A stretch of DNA of 36,465 bases from an uncultured Erysipelotrichaceae bacterium (GCA_902784095.1 CACZTK010000008.1:1-36465), one strand, 5' to 3'; shown: positions 10,417 through 20,415, counted from the first letter of the stretch. Notes: generated by a model from the sequence alone, not told the origin. A program made the numbers and translations.

Positions 10417-11142
10417 TTATTTATCACTCATTTCATATAATAATATTGATGTTGCAACTGCAACATTTAAACTCTCACAAGAATTAGACATTGGTATATA
10501 AATATTAGTATCAGCAAGATTTGCTATTTCATCTCTTACTCCACTACCTTCATTTCCCATAATTAAAGCATAACAAGAAGTATCATCAATTTCTTTAATA
10601 TTTTTACCATTATTTACATTAGTTGTATATATTGGAATATTTTTATCTTTTAAGTCATTTATAATTTTAACTAAATCACCTTTATAATAATTAATACTAA
10701 AAATCATTCCTTGTGTCGCTCTTAAGACCTTAGAATTATATAAATCTACAGTATCATTAGACATAATAATAGTATCTACATTAAATGCTACTGCACTACG
10801 TATAATTGTTCCTAAATTACCTGGATCTTGAATTCTATCTAAAATCAAATATTTATTTCCTACTAGTTTTTCATCCATCATCTTACATACACCCATAATA
10901 TTAGGAGGTGTATCCAATAAAGATATCTTTTTCATTATCTCTTTAGTTACAATTAACTTATCACAATTAAAACTATAATTATCATCTACTACTATAATCT
11001 TATCAAGTATTCCTTTTTTATAAGCTTCTTCTACTAAATGTTCACCATCTATTAAAAACTTATGTTCACTATCTCTAAACTTCTTAGTATTTAATTTTAC
11101 TAAGTACTTTACTTCCTTATTATCTAAACTAGTAATTACCAT
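10417..11142 (-). CDS. TrmH/SpoU family RNA methyltransferase
   Basis: ITS.DN..VK, LDRIQDPGNLGTIIRSA, MGNEGSG, ESLNVAVA. Confidence 0.95.
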   Translation of the reverse strand: MVITSLDNKEVKYLVKLNTKKFRDSEHKFLIDGEHLVEEAYKKGILDKIIVVDDNYSFNCDKLIVTKEIMKKISLLDTPPNIMGVCKMMDEKLVGNKYLILDRIQDPGNLGTIIRSAVAFNVDTIIMSNDTVDLYNSKVLRATQGMIFSINYYKGDLVKIINDLKDKNIPIYTTNVNNGKNIKEIDDTSCYALIMGNEGSGVRDEIANLADTNIYIPMSNSCESLNVAVATSILLYEMSDK

Positions 11143-11160
11143 CCTAACACCTCTTATATC

Positions 11161-11799
11161 TTAAAAGTATTTCATATCTTTTCGTATTTCTTTATAATTT
11201 GGACAATTTCTTTCTACTATCTTCCAAAATCTAGAAGAATGATTGGCTTCCAGTAAATGAGATAGTTCATGTATTATAACATAATCTAAGTATTTTGTCT
11301 CTCTTTTTATTAACTCTAAATTTAAAGTAACTGTTTTTAATTTAGTATTACATACTCCCCAACGAGTAGTCATTTTTCTAATCTTTAAATCAGGATATGG
11401 AATATTTTCACTAAAATTATTATAGTTATAATCAAGTCTTTCTTTAAAAATACTCTTAGCTTGTTTTTTATACCATTTATCTATATCTAAATTCTTATTC
11501 AAAAATACTTTAGTATCACCAAATGATATATCACAATATTCAACATATATAGGATCATATTTTTTTCCTAAATAAAAGAATCCATCATTACTATCTTTCT
11601 TTTTTAATTGTGAGTTAATCATTCTAACTATAGATGAAGAATTTTCTTCAATTAGTTTTGTAATATCTTTTGTACTTGCAAAAATACTAGTAGTAACATA
11701 AATAGTTAAATCATTTTTAACTCTGATGTATGTATTCTTATTAGTTTTTTTCTTTTCAATAACTATATCGTATTCATTATTATTATACTCAAACTTCAT
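11161..11799 (-). CDS. YgjP-like (DUF45/M48) zinc-dependent hydrolase
   Basis: KMTTRWGVC, LNLELI, DYVIIHELSH (HExxH), NHSSRFW. Confidence 0.9.
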   Translation of the reverse strand: MKFEYNNNEYDIVIEKKKTNKNTYIRVKNDLTIYVTTSIFASTKDITKLIEENSSSIVRMINSQLKKKDSNDGFFYLGKKYDPIYVEYCDISFGDTKVFLNKNLDIDKWYKKQAKSIFKERLDYNYNNFSENIPYPDLKIRKMTTRWGVCNTKLKTVTLNLELIKRETKYLDYVIIHELSHLLEANHSSRFWKIVERNCPNYKEIRKDMKYF

Positions 11800-11867
11800 T
11801 TTCTTCACCTATTCATCTATATACATTATACTAAAAAATAAAAGAAAATGGTATATAATATCATTTT

Positions 11868-13007
11868 CTATTTATTAGTTTTACTCTTTCGTTTAACTTT
11901 AGAATTTTCTTTCTTTGTACTAGTATTTTCTTTTGACAACTCATCTAAATAAGATAAATCAATAACTGTACTTCCAAATTCATCTTTACTACTACATTCA
12001 CTAGTTAAGTCTCCTACACTATCATATATGCATTTTTCATTATAAAATTTACATTCTAAATCAACTATTTTTTCTTCACATTTTTCTACTTCTTTTGATA
12101 ATTTTAATGAGTCTTCTAGAACCCCATTATCAGAAACAAAATCTAGTTTATTGTCTCCTAAATTATCATTCAATTCATTAAATACTTTTAGTTTATCATC
12201 TTGATATTTAACTCCTATAGTAGATGCTGCAACAGCACCTATTATTGCAGGAGCAAAAAGTGACATAACACCATCAAAAGATGCTAATGTAGTAGATAAA
12301 CTATTAAATAGTGCAACTGGAATAGCACCACCAACAAATGGCCAGATAATGGAAGATATCATTATTTCCATTTTTCTTATTTTTCCTTTATCATTTCCCC
12401 TATATTTCCAAAACTTCTTTTGTAAAGTTTGTTTTGTTGTGGTAGCATCTAGTTCATTATATTTACTATCTAATGTATCTTCTAATGAATGTATATCTTT
12501 TTTTATCTCATCTTTAGATCTATCATCATTCTTAGCAACAATATTATACTTATTAGATAATCCTTCAATTATTTCTTTTTCATGATCAATTTTATTAATA
12601 ATACCTTTAATAATTCTGTTTCTTGCTTTATATTGATTTATTTCTATACTACATTCCATTTTTTCTTTTAAAATCTCTTTTTGAGTTTTATTTCTAGTAA
12701 TAGCCTTAATTTCTTTATCTGTACCAGAAATTTTATCTAGGACTCCTACACACAAATTACCAATCACTAATGAGCCTCCTACAGATATAAGTGGTATAAG
12801 TCCAACAGGAATAGAAGTTGCTAAAACAGTTCCAGTTAATAATACCATAGCAATATAGGCAGGAAATGCAAATATCATAGTACTTCCAAATTCACATTCA
12901 ATAGTACTCTTATGTAAAAAACTTCTTCTTTCATCATAATCTTTAATTTGTTTTATATTATCACGATACATTTTAATAAGCTTTTTTCTATCATCCTTAT
13001 AATCCAT
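11868..13007 (-). CDS. Hypothetical membrane protein with two hydrophobic hairpins, each followed by a coiled coil, and a basic C-terminal tail
   Basis: 379 aa ORF with RBS GAGGG and promoter GTGACA-17-TATAAT; hydrophobic blocks at about aa 44-90 and 215-266. Confidence 0.8.
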   Translation of the reverse strand: MDYKDDRKKLIKMYRDNIKQIKDYDERRSFLHKSTIECEFGSTMIFAFPAYIAMVLLTGTVLATSIPVGLIPLISVGGSLVIGNLCVGVLDKISGTDKEIKAITRNKTQKEILKEKMECSIEINQYKARNRIIKGIINKIDHEKEIIEGLSNKYNIVAKNDDRSKDEIKKDIHSLEDTLDSKYNELDATTTKQTLQKKFWKYRGNDKGKIRKMEIMISSIIWPFVGGAIPVALFNSLSTTLASFDGVMSLFAPAIIGAVAASTIGVKYQDDKLKVFNELNDNLGDNKLDFVSDNGVLEDSLKLSKEVEKCEEKIVDLECKFYNEKCIYDSVGDLTSECSSKDEFGSTVIDLSYLDELSKENTSTKKENSKVKRKSKTNK

Positions 13008-13116
13008 TATATTAACCCTCTCTCTAGCAAGTTATTATAACATAAAGAAATTATTATGTCACTAAATTTTAATAATAGCCCAAAACAAATAATTATAATA
13101 ACATACCATACTATAG

Positions 13117-13887
13117 GTGAATACTATGTATTATAAAAATAATAATTCTTATCTATATTATCAGAAATATGGAAATAGTGAGAATAAAATATTAATACTT
13201 CCAGGTTGGGGTGATACTAGAAAAACATTTAATTACTTAATAGATAACTTAAAAGATAAATATACCATATATATTATTGATTGGCCTGGTTTTGGTAATA
13301 GTGATTTTCCAAATAAAGATCTAACAATATATGATTATGCAAATATGATTATAGACTTTATGAAAGATTTAAATATTAATAATCCCATAATTATAGCACA
13401 TTCTTTTGGAGGAAGAATAACTACATTATTATCAGGATATTATAAAATAAAAATAAATAAACTAATACTCATAGATATTGCAGGTATTAGACCAAGAAAA
13501 AACCTTATAAAAAGATTTAAAACATTTATATATAAATTTCTAAAAAAACTAAAAGTAATAATACCAAAGAAGAAAAGAAATATATATCTAAAGAAATTAT
13601 TAAAATACTTTGCATCAACAGACTATAAAAACTTAGATAAAAACATGTATCAAACATTTAAAAATATTGTTAATGAAGATTTAAAATATACATATAAAAA
13701 CATAATTCAAGAAACATTATTAATATGGGGAGAAAACGATAAATCAACTCCATTAAAAGATGGTATATATATTAATAATAATATCCCTAATTCAGAATTA
13801 GTAATATATCAAAAAGCAAGTCATTTTTCATATTTAGATTATCCTATTCTCACAAATAATATAATAAATGAATTTATAAGCAAATAA
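13117..13887 (+). CDS. Alpha/beta-fold hydrolase
   Basis: LPGWG oxyanion loop, DWPGFG, AHSFGG nucleophile elbow, WGENDKSTP (Asp), ASHF (His); true start may be ATG 13126. Confidence 0.93.
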   Translation: MNTMYYKNNNSYLYYQKYGNSENKILILPGWGDTRKTFNYLIDNLKDKYTIYIIDWPGFGNSDFPNKDLTIYDYANMIIDFMKDLNINNPIIIAHSFGGRITTLLSGYYKIKINKLILIDIAGIRPRKNLIKRFKTFIYKFLKKLKVIIPKKKRNIYLKKLLKYFASTDYKNLDKNMYQTFKNIVNEDLKYTYKNIIQETLLIWGENDKSTPLKDGIYINNNIPNSELVIYQKASHFSYLDYPILTNNIINEFISK

Positions 13888-13893
13888 AAACTA

Positions 13894-14772
13894 TCATTTT
13901 TCTGATAGTTTTTTTCTTCTATTTGATTTAATATGATTTCCAATAATATCAGATACTTCCAATATCGTTACAAAACTACTTTGATCCATATCCTCACAAA
14001 TTCGTTTTAATTCAAACACTTCAATTCTTGTAAGTACACAATATAATACTTCTTTTTCGCCTGAAATAAGTCCTTTTCCTCTAAGTTTTGTTACTGTTCT
14101 ACCAAGTCTATTATAAATTTCAGTAGCCATATCAGTACCTTTATCAGTAATTATCAATGCTGCTTTTGCTTGTTCCATTCCTTCTGAGACTAAATCAATT
14201 ACTTTAAAAGTTATAAAATATGTTAAAAGTGAATATAGTGCTCTATCAAGTCCAAAAATAAATCCTGCAATAAAGTAAATTATTATATTAAAACAAAGAA
14301 CAACCTGTCCTACTGAAAATGATGTCTTTTTGCTTACTACTAATGCAACTGATTCAGTGCCATCAACACATCCTCCAGCATGAATAACTAAGCCTACACC
14401 AAATCCAAGTAATGCTCCACCATATATTGTAGAAAGTAAAATAGAATCTGTTAAGCTTTCAAAATAAGAAAAATAATATAAGAAAAAAGCAAATAATGTC
14501 ATCGAATAAATTACTCTAATCAAAAAATTTTTTCCCATATTCTTATAACCAATATATATAAACGGAATATTTAACAATAATATAAATATACTTACAGGTA
14601 GTTTTGTTAGTTTTGAAATAATAATTGATATACCTGTAATACCTCCATCCAAAATATTATTTGGAATTAGTATTGTTTCAAGTGCATATGCTGCGATAAC
14701 AACACCTACAGTTAACATAATATATGTCACTATATTTTGATATTTCTTCGATTTTATTAAGCTCATATACAT
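13894..14772 (-). CDS. YitT family membrane protein
   Basis: PNNILDGGITGISII, LNIPF, GG..DGTE, C-terminal DUF2179-like region (LGRTVT...G.G..SG). Confidence 0.92.
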   Translation of the reverse strand: MYMSLIKSKKYQNIVTYIMLTVGVVIAAYALETILIPNNILDGGITGISIIISKLTKLPVSIFILLLNIPFIYIGYKNMGKNFLIRVIYSMTLFAFFLYYFSYFESLTDSILLSTIYGGALLGFGVGLVIHAGGCVDGTESVALVVSKKTSFSVGQVVLCFNIIIYFIAGFIFGLDRALYSLLTYFITFKVIDLVSEGMEQAKAALIITDKGTDMATEIYNRLGRTVTKLRGKGLISGEKEVLYCVLTRIEVFELKRICEDMDQSSFVTILEVSDIIGNHIKSNRRKKLSEK

Positions 14773-14856
14773 GACCTCCTATTATTAAATATATATCAAA
14801 AAACAATATTTCTCAAGAATATTGGACTAAAATAAAAAGAATGATTTACACATTCT

Positions 14857-16908
14857 TTACAATTCAAATTGAGAATTATATAGTTCTGCATAAAAACCAT
14901 TTTTCTTCATTAATTCTTCATGTGTACCCTGTTCTATTATATTTCCTTCATTCATAACTAATATAAGATCTGCATTCTTTATTGTAGATAATCTATGAGC
15001 AATTATAAAGGAAGTTCTTCCTTCTATTAGTTTATCCATTGCTTTTTGAACTAATTCTTCTGTTCTTGTATCAACATTAGAAGTAGCTTCATCAAGTATC
15101 AAAAATGGTGCATCTTTTACCATACCACGAGCAATAGTAAGTAATTGTTTTTGTCCTAAACTTACAGTATCACTATCATCAATTTTTGATTTTAATCCAC
15201 CAGGGATTGTTTTAATAAAATAATCTATTCCAACTACTTTACAAATATCCCATATTTTTTCTTCACTAATATTTTTATTATTAAATCTTATATTTTCTTC
15301 TATAGTTCCATCAAATAACCAAGTATCTTGTAATACCATTATAAATAATTCATGTATTTGCTCACGTGATAAATTCTTAATTGACTCTCCATCTATAATG
15401 ATATCACCTGAATTTATCTCATAAAACTTCATAAGTAAATTAACCAAAGTAGTCTTTCCTGCTCCTGTTGGACCTACTATTGCAATCTTTTCACCACTTT
15501 TAACTTTGACACTAAAATCTTTAATTATTTCTTTTTCTTTATCATAACCAAATTTAACATTCTTAAATTCAATATTTCCAATAAATTTATTCTTATCTAA
15601 TTTAGACATTAAACCTTTTTCATTAGAAACTTCTTCTTCATCCATAAATTCATAAACACGCTCTGCTGCCGCTGCGATGGATTGCATTGTAGTTGCAGCT
15701 TGTGCAAGTTTTGATAATGGATTAGTAAATAATCTTACATAAATCATAAATGCAACTATTACACCAAATGTTGTTTTATTATTCATGACAAGAAGTGCTC
15801 CAACAACACAAACTGCAACATAACCAAAGTTACCTATGAAATGCATTAATGGTTGCATAATTCCAGATAAGAATTGACTCTTGCGGTTACACTCATATAA
15901 ATTATTATTAATTCTATCAAACTCTTTGATTGCTTCTTCTTCACCATTGTAAGCCTTTACAACGTTATGTCCAGAATACATTTCTTCAATATGACCATTC
16001 AAAGAACCTAATTCCTTTTGACGAGCAACAAAGTATTTTTGAGATTTCTTAAGTATAATAAATGAACCTAAAAATCCAAATATAGAAGCAAAAATTGCTG
16101 TTAAAGCCATAATATAATTAGTTACAAACATCATAATAATTGAACCTAAAAACAAAGTTAAATTTGTAACAAATGCTGTAATATTATTACTCATATTAAT
16201 ACCAATAGTATCTACATCATTAGTTACACGAGATAAAATATCACCTGTTTCATGATTATCAAAATACTTAAGTGGTAATCTATTAATCTTTTTACTTATA
16301 TCTTTTCTTAATCGTTTAGAATAACCAATTCCAACATATGCCATCATTATTCCTACAATATAACTAAATATTGAATTAAGTAAATAAATAATTGCTAGAA
16401 GTATTGATCTTTTATTTAATTCTTTTTTATTTATCTTTCCATCTATTAATTTCTTAATAGATTTAGGCATTTCATCCATTTTCTTAATATATTCTTCATT
16501 ATCTTTTGTATCTTTAAGTGAAATTGCTACATCAAGAAATTTAACTTGATCTTTACTAGATATTTCTATATCCTCTACAGTTATACTATTTAGTAAATTA
16601 ATTTTTTGATCATAATCTAATTTATAAAAATCTTCTAAGTTTGTACTATTGGTACTAATAAATACATTTTTAGTTATTTCAGAAGAAACTTTTTTAATAT
16701 TTTCAGTATTTGGTTTAATTCCATCACTTATAACATCTGTAACATCTGCTAATTTATTAGGTCCAATAGTTGATAAAATTGCTGATGCCATTGCAAGTAT
16801 ACAAGATACTACTAATACATATTTCCATTTTTTTAAACTATTAAATATTCTAAGTAGAGTTCCCTTAAAATCTTTTACTTTTTCTACTTTTTTCATTGGT
16901 CTAGGCAT
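14857..16908 (-). CDS. ABC exporter, fused TMD-NBD (TM288/EfrB-like subunit)
   Basis: GPTGAGKTT, degenerate signature SLGQKQ, ILDEATS, IAHRLST; start ATG 16908 after GAGGAGG. Confidence 0.95.
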   Translation of the reverse strand: MPRPMKKVEKVKDFKGTLLRIFNSLKKWKYVLVVSCILAMASAILSTIGPNKLADVTDVISDGIKPNTENIKKVSSEITKNVFISTNSTNLEDFYKLDYDQKINLLNSITVEDIEISSKDQVKFLDVAISLKDTKDNEEYIKKMDEMPKSIKKLIDGKINKKELNKRSILLAIIYLLNSIFSYIVGIMMAYVGIGYSKRLRKDISKKINRLPLKYFDNHETGDILSRVTNDVDTIGINMSNNITAFVTNLTLFLGSIIMMFVTNYIMALTAIFASIFGFLGSFIILKKSQKYFVARQKELGSLNGHIEEMYSGHNVVKAYNGEEEAIKEFDRINNNLYECNRKSQFLSGIMQPLMHFIGNFGYVAVCVVGALLVMNNKTTFGVIVAFMIYVRLFTNPLSKLAQAATTMQSIAAAAERVYEFMDEEEVSNEKGLMSKLDKNKFIGNIEFKNVKFGYDKEKEIIKDFSVKVKSGEKIAIVGPTGAGKTTLVNLLMKFYEINSGDIIIDGESIKNLSREQIHELFIMVLQDTWLFDGTIEENIRFNNKNISEEKIWDICKVVGIDYFIKTIPGGLKSKIDDSDTVSLGQKQLLTIARGMVKDAPFLILDEATSNVDTRTEELVQKAMDKLIEGRTSFIIAHRLSTIKNADLILVMNEGNIIEQGTHEELMKKNGFYAELYNSQFEL

Positions 16909-18661
16909 TTTGTAATTCCTCCTCACTTAATTGTGATAAAGCAATTTCTTTATACACTTCACATGATTTTAGTAATTCTTTATGTGTACCAATACCTACA
17001 CACTTGCCTTTATCTAAAACAACTATTTTATCTGCATTCATAATGGTACCAATTCTTTGTGCAACTATCATAATTGTAGCATCCTTTGTATGCTTTCTTA
17101 ATTCATGACGTAATTTAGCATCAGTTTTATAATCTAGTGCACTAAATGAATCATCAAATATATATATTTCAGGATTTCTAGCAATTGCACGAGCGATTGA
17201 AAGTCTTTGTTTTTGTCCTCCACTTACGTTAGTACCACCACGTGCAATATGTGATTTGTATTTGTCAGTCATTTTTTCTACAAATTCTGTAGCTTGAGCA
17301 ATATCAAGTGACTCTTTAATTATTTTATTATTTGGTTTTTTACGTCCATTATCACCATATGAAACATTTTCTTCTACTGTTCCTGTAAACATTACTGCTT
17401 TTTGTGAAACATATCCAATGCGATTATTAAGTTCTTTCAAATCATAATCTTTTACATTAACACCATCTACTAGTACGTTTCCATCTGTAGCATCATAAAA
17501 TCTAGGAACTAAGTTAATAAGTGTTGTTTTTCCACTACCTGTAGAACCAATAAATGCTATAGTCTGTCCTTTAGAAACTTCAAAACTAATATTTTTTAAT
17601 AAGTATTCAGATGCATCTGGATACTTAAAACTAACATTTTCAAATTTTACTGTACCTACTTCTTTTGTTTTAGATTTAAAGTCACCTGAAATAATAGATA
17701 CATCACTTTCTAATACTTCATTAATACGATCTGCTGATACTTTTGCTCTTGGTAAGACCATAAAAATAAATGTTAGCATCAAGAAAGATATAATTACTTG
17801 TATTCCATAACTAGAAAAAACTACCATATTACTAAATATATTAATTTTATCAAGTATAGTACTATGCATTATTAAATATGCACCTACTATATATATTCCT
17901 AGATGTTGAAATTGCATTACAAAGTTCATAACAGGTTCCATTAAAGCAAATGTCTTAGTAATTCTAAGATGTATACTAGTTAAATCATCATTAACTTTAT
18001 TGAACCGTTTTTCTTCAAATTTTTCTGCATTAAATGCATGAACAACACGAATACCAGTAATATTTTCTCTAGTTACACCATTAATCTTATCTGTAAGTTT
18101 TTGAATTTTCTCAAATCTAGGAGATACAATACTAATAATTATTAAATTGGTTACTACAATTATAATTACACCTGCAAGAGTAACTAAACTTAATTCTCCA
18201 CTCTTACCAACTATTTTTAATAAAGCCCAAACAGCCATTACAGGAGCCTTAATTAATAATTGAAGTCCCATTGCAAGCAATGTTTCTATTTGAGTAACAT
18301 CGTTAGTAGTACGTGTAATTAAACTACTAGTAGAGAATTTTTTTATTTCTGCAATACCAAATGATTCGACCTTCTCAAAGATACGTCTTCTAATATTTCT
18401 AGAAAATCTAGCAGATAAAAGAGAAGTAAAATATCCAACACTAATAGTACATAATAAACTACCTACCGCACAGATTATCATATGAACTCCTGCTAATAAT
18501 ATTTCATTCATAGTACTATCTTCTGTTTGAATAAGTTTAGTAATATTACTCATATATTCAGGCAATCTAAGATCTAAAAATACTGAAAAAACTACTAATA
18601 TTACTACAACTAATACAATTAATAAATCTTTTTTAGTAAGATTTTTAAATAATTTAATCAT
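16901..18661 (-). CDS. ABC exporter, fused TMD-NBD (TM287/EfrA-like subunit)
   Basis: GSTGSGKTT, SGGQKQR, degenerate Walker B IFDDSFSALD, VAQRI. Confidence 0.95.
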   Translation of the reverse strand: MIKLFKNLTKKDLLIVLVVVILVVFSVFLDLRLPEYMSNITKLIQTEDSTMNEILLAGVHMIICAVGSLLCTISVGYFTSLLSARFSRNIRRRIFEKVESFGIAEIKKFSTSSLITRTTNDVTQIETLLAMGLQLLIKAPVMAVWALLKIVGKSGELSLVTLAGVIIIVVTNLIIISIVSPRFEKIQKLTDKINGVTRENITGIRVVHAFNAEKFEEKRFNKVNDDLTSIHLRITKTFALMEPVMNFVMQFQHLGIYIVGAYLIMHSTILDKINIFSNMVVFSSYGIQVIISFLMLTFIFMVLPRAKVSADRINEVLESDVSIISGDFKSKTKEVGTVKFENVSFKYPDASEYLLKNISFEVSKGQTIAFIGSTGSGKTTLINLVPRFYDATDGNVLVDGVNVKDYDLKELNNRIGYVSQKAVMFTGTVEENVSYGDNGRKKPNNKIIKESLDIAQATEFVEKMTDKYKSHIARGGTNVSGGQKQRLSIARAIARNPEIYIFDDSFSALDYKTDAKLRHELRKHTKDATIMIVAQRIGTIMNADKIVVLDKGKCVGIGTHKELLKSCEVYKEIALSQLSEEELQNA

Positions 18662-19098
18662 TATACTTCATCCTTTCTAATAACTTCTACCTTTAATTTT
18701 CTTAAAGCAACAACAGTTAGTCTTTTACCACATTTAGGGCATTTAACATGTTTAATTCCTCTTTTACTAGGTAAAGGAAGTCTTAATATTGTATGACATT
18801 TAGAACATTTTTTATATATATTATCGTCATTCTTATTATTTTTTCTATTTTTTAACAATAATGTATTTTTTATTTTTAAATATCTATTATTTTCTTTATC
18901 ACGAGATGTAATATTCTTAGATAAAAATCTAAATACAATTATAACTACTAATAAAACACAAGCTAAATCTAAATATAAATTTTTAATAAATATACTAGTA
19001 ATAAATAAAATTAAATAGATGATTATTAATAATTTTTCTAATTCATCTATACCATTTCTTTTAGTTGCAAATCTAAACATATTATTAAAATTATTCAT
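18661..19098 (-). CDS. Membrane protein with a C-terminal zinc ribbon
   Basis: RNGIDEL, two TM helices, R..EN..Y, CSKC...LRLP...CPKC; stop overlaps the ABC start (TAATG). Confidence 0.85.
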   Translation of the reverse strand: MNNFNNMFRFATKRNGIDELEKLLIIIYLILFITSIFIKNLYLDLACVLLVVIIVFRFLSKNITSRDKENNRYLKIKNTLLLKNRKNNKNDDNIYKKCSKCHTILRLPLPSKRGIKHVKCPKCGKRLTVVALRKLKVEVIRKDEV

Positions 19099-19176
19099 CT
19101 TATCACCTTCTAAATAACCGCTATTATATTATATTATAATACAAGAAATTATTCAATAATTATATTTATTTAAAAC

Positions 19177-19207
19177 AAAAAAATGCTAAGTATTATATAC
19201 TTAACAC
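19177..19207 (-). terminator. Intrinsic terminator closing a short transcript
   Basis: GTGTTAAGTA-tataa-TACTTAGCAT followed by a T-run. Confidence 0.7.
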
Positions 19208-19242
19208 TTATATATTAAATATCACTTAATAAAAGTGCATAA

Positions 19243-19326
19243 TTATAATCTATCTGCAAATTTTCTATTTCCACTTCTAAACAGTTTTTTCATTTCATTT
19301 AGTAATTGTTGCTACTTATTATTCAT
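19243..19326 (-). other. Micro-ORF region MNNK*QQLLNEMKKLFRSGNRKFADRL*
   Basis: AGGAGG 4 nt before ATG 19326; TAG at codon 5 (19314-19312); second in-frame ATG at 19293; TAA at 19245-19243. Confidence 0.45.
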
Positions 19327-19386
19327 GATACCTCCTGTTGTTTTAACTGAAAGTATAGTAATATGTGTTAACTATATTGTCAATTA

Positions 19387-20172
19387 TTATCCATATAAGA
19401 TTAAATATATTTTTAATAAAATACTCTGTATTATAGGCCTTCTAATCATAAATTTGGGCTTATCTTTTTCTATTTCTTTAATTATCTTATTTACTAAATC
19501 ATCATAATTATCTTGTTCTAATAATCTAAATATATTTCTTTGAATTCTATTTAAATCAGATATATTCTTATATGTATTTCGATTAGAACTATACTTTTCT
19601 TTATTATCAATCATTACTTGATTAAAACCTGTATGATAGCACCCTGGTTCAATTATAGATATAGATATATTAGAATTTAAGTATTTAAGCTCATATTTTA
19701 ATGCTTTACCAATATTAGTAATAGCAGCTTTAGTAGAAGAATAACTACCTAAAAATGGCATTGGTAAATATCCTGCGATAGATGAAGTTATAAATATTTT
19801 AGTAGGACTATTTGTATTTTTCTTAAGATTATAAAATTCTTGTATTAATGAAAAAGATGAAAAAACATTAGTTTCATAGTTTTGTTTTACAACATCCATA
19901 TTCATATCTAAAAGTGTTCCACCATATCCAACACTAGAATGAATAATTAGACAATCAGGATTTATTCTATTAAGTCTATATCTATCATCTTTACTATTTA
20001 TATCTAATTTTAATATACTAACACATAAATGTTCTTCCATTGCTTTATGTGCAAGAGAATTAACTTGCTTATCGTGATGAACACCTATATATACTTTATG
20101 ACCTCTTAAATATAATTTTTTAGAAAGTAGATAACCAATATTAGATGTACCACCAACTATTAATATCTTCAT
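19387..20172 (-). CDS. Short-chain dehydrogenase/reductase
   Basis: GGTSNIG Rossmann motif, ETNVF, ITSSIAG, YSSTK (YxxxK), EPG; start ATG 20172. Confidence 0.92.
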   Translation of the reverse strand: MKILIVGGTSNIGYLLSKKLYLRGHKVYIGVHHDKQVNSLAHKAMEEHLCVSILKLDINSKDDRYRLNRINPDCLIIHSSVGYGGTLLDMNMDVVKQNYETNVFSSFSLIQEFYNLKKNTNSPTKIFITSSIAGYLPMPFLGSYSSTKAAITNIGKALKYELKYLNSNISISIIEPGCYHTGFNQVMIDNKEKYSSNRNTYKNISDLNRIQRNIFRLLEQDNYDDLVNKIIKEIEKDKPKFMIRRPIIQSILLKIYLILYG

Positions 20173-20265
20173 ATGCTTCACCATTAATAGTCTTTACCAA
20201 AAAAAAAGAAAAATTGCATAAAACAATCTTTCTATATCTGTATATATATAAATGTATCTAGACCA

Positions 20266-20307
20266 TTAGCACATAGGTCTAACTAATCTTATCTTTGCTC
20301 TTTTCAT
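20266..20307 (-). CDS. Putative 13-aa peptide MKRAKIRLVRPMC
   Basis: GGAGG RBS about 8 nt upstream of ATG 20307; extended -10 TGTTATACT at 20346-20338; not in the ORF track. Confidence 0.5.
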   Translation of the reverse strand: MKRAKIRLVRPMC

Positions 20308-20366
20308 AAATACCAACCTCCACTACTTTATATAAATAGTATAACATCAATATATAATAATTTTAC

Positions 20367-20394
20367 AAAAAAAAGCTACACAAGAGTGTAACTT
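20367..20394 (-). terminator. Terminator of nusB-xseA-xseB
   Basis: AAGTTACAC-tctt-GTGTAGCTT followed by a T-run. Confidence 0.75.
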
Positions 20395-20415
20395 GACACA
20401 TATAATGTAAATTGT

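Noticed and set aside
11968-12894. 15-bp direct repeat GTACTTCCAAATTCA (11968-11982 and 12880-12894; EFGST twice)
   Set aside because: It is a single short pair inside one ORF, not aligned with the hairpin duplication, and no mobile element is associated. It may be chance.
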